From Ruditapes philippinarum (taxonomy: Eukaryota): 64,000 bases of DNA. Position numbers and translations under genes: made by a program. The notes under the pieces are model-generated. The model had not been told where the DNA came from, searched no databases, and saw nothing but the letters and a program-made list of their open reading frames with translations. Below, piece by piece: positions 63,527 to 64,000 of this stretch (its first letter is position 1; every line of letters begins with the position of its first letter). The stretch is from positions 1 to 64,000 of the forward strand of contig NW_026862826.1 in the NCBI RefSeq assembly GCF_026571515.1. The letters run 5' to 3'.

Positions 63527-64000
63527 CTAGAACTCCGCGAGTCGAATGTGTCGCCTTGTGAACAATACAGTTTTAGGAGAAATAGCCAGGACAAAAATGA
63601 ACTATGGGAAATTAACAAAGGGCAATAACTCAAAAAATAAGAAGTGCAGAGCAGCAGTTTCTGTGCACTGCTTTTCTTAATCAAAAAGATCTATCATCCT
63701 ATGAAGTTTCAAAGTCCATAGTTTTTTTTATAATTTATGAGAAATGGCCAGGACAAAAATAAAGTACGAAAATTACAAAGGGTAAACTCAAAAATAAGAA
63801 GTGCAAGGTACTGATTCTTGTACACTGCACTTATTCTTAATGAGATCTATCATCCTATGAAGTTTAAAGACCATAGATTTTATACTTTAGGAGAAATGGC
63901 ATGGACAATAATAAAGTATGAAAATTAACAAAGGGCAATAACTCAAAAAATAAGAAATGCAGGGTACCTGTTCTTGTGCACTGCATTTCTTCTTAATGAG
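63526..64000 (+). mobile_element. Second HINE-like element, head-to-tail with the previous one, ~157-bp cores, cut by the window end
   Basis: actagaact start; aaagggcaataactcaaaaaataagaa at ~63617 and ~63931, with a degenerate copy at ~63777. Confidence 0.75.

Overview
AT-rich, repeat-dense eukaryotic DNA from a draft assembly, with N-gaps and several homopolymer-inflated stretches that look unpolished. The repeat families suggest a bivalve mollusc (inference). The main host feature is largely invisible in the ORF track: three spliced, phase-compatible + strand exons (56880-56970 signal peptide, 59297-59641 Ig-like domain, 60780-60900 start of the cytokine-binding module) of a gp130/Domeless-like class I cytokine receptor that probably continues past the window end. 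Its Ig domain appears to lack both canonical cysteines. The 25-53 kb region upstream holds a second signal-peptide-like exon, about 8 decayed copies of one apparently coding segment on both strands, a decayed repeat-coding exon and a local duplication. These may be remains of a receptor paralogue cluster (hypothesis). The rest is mobile DNA: a near full-length CR1/L2-type LINE with a 2A-like motif inside a local inverted repeat, two other LINE fragments, tRNA-derived SINEs, hAT and tyrosine-recombinase remnants, Kolobok-, Harbinger- and piggyBac-like MITEs, Helentron-associated-type elements, a foldback element built of 22-bp units and a palindrome array. All calls come from reading by eye; no database searches were run.
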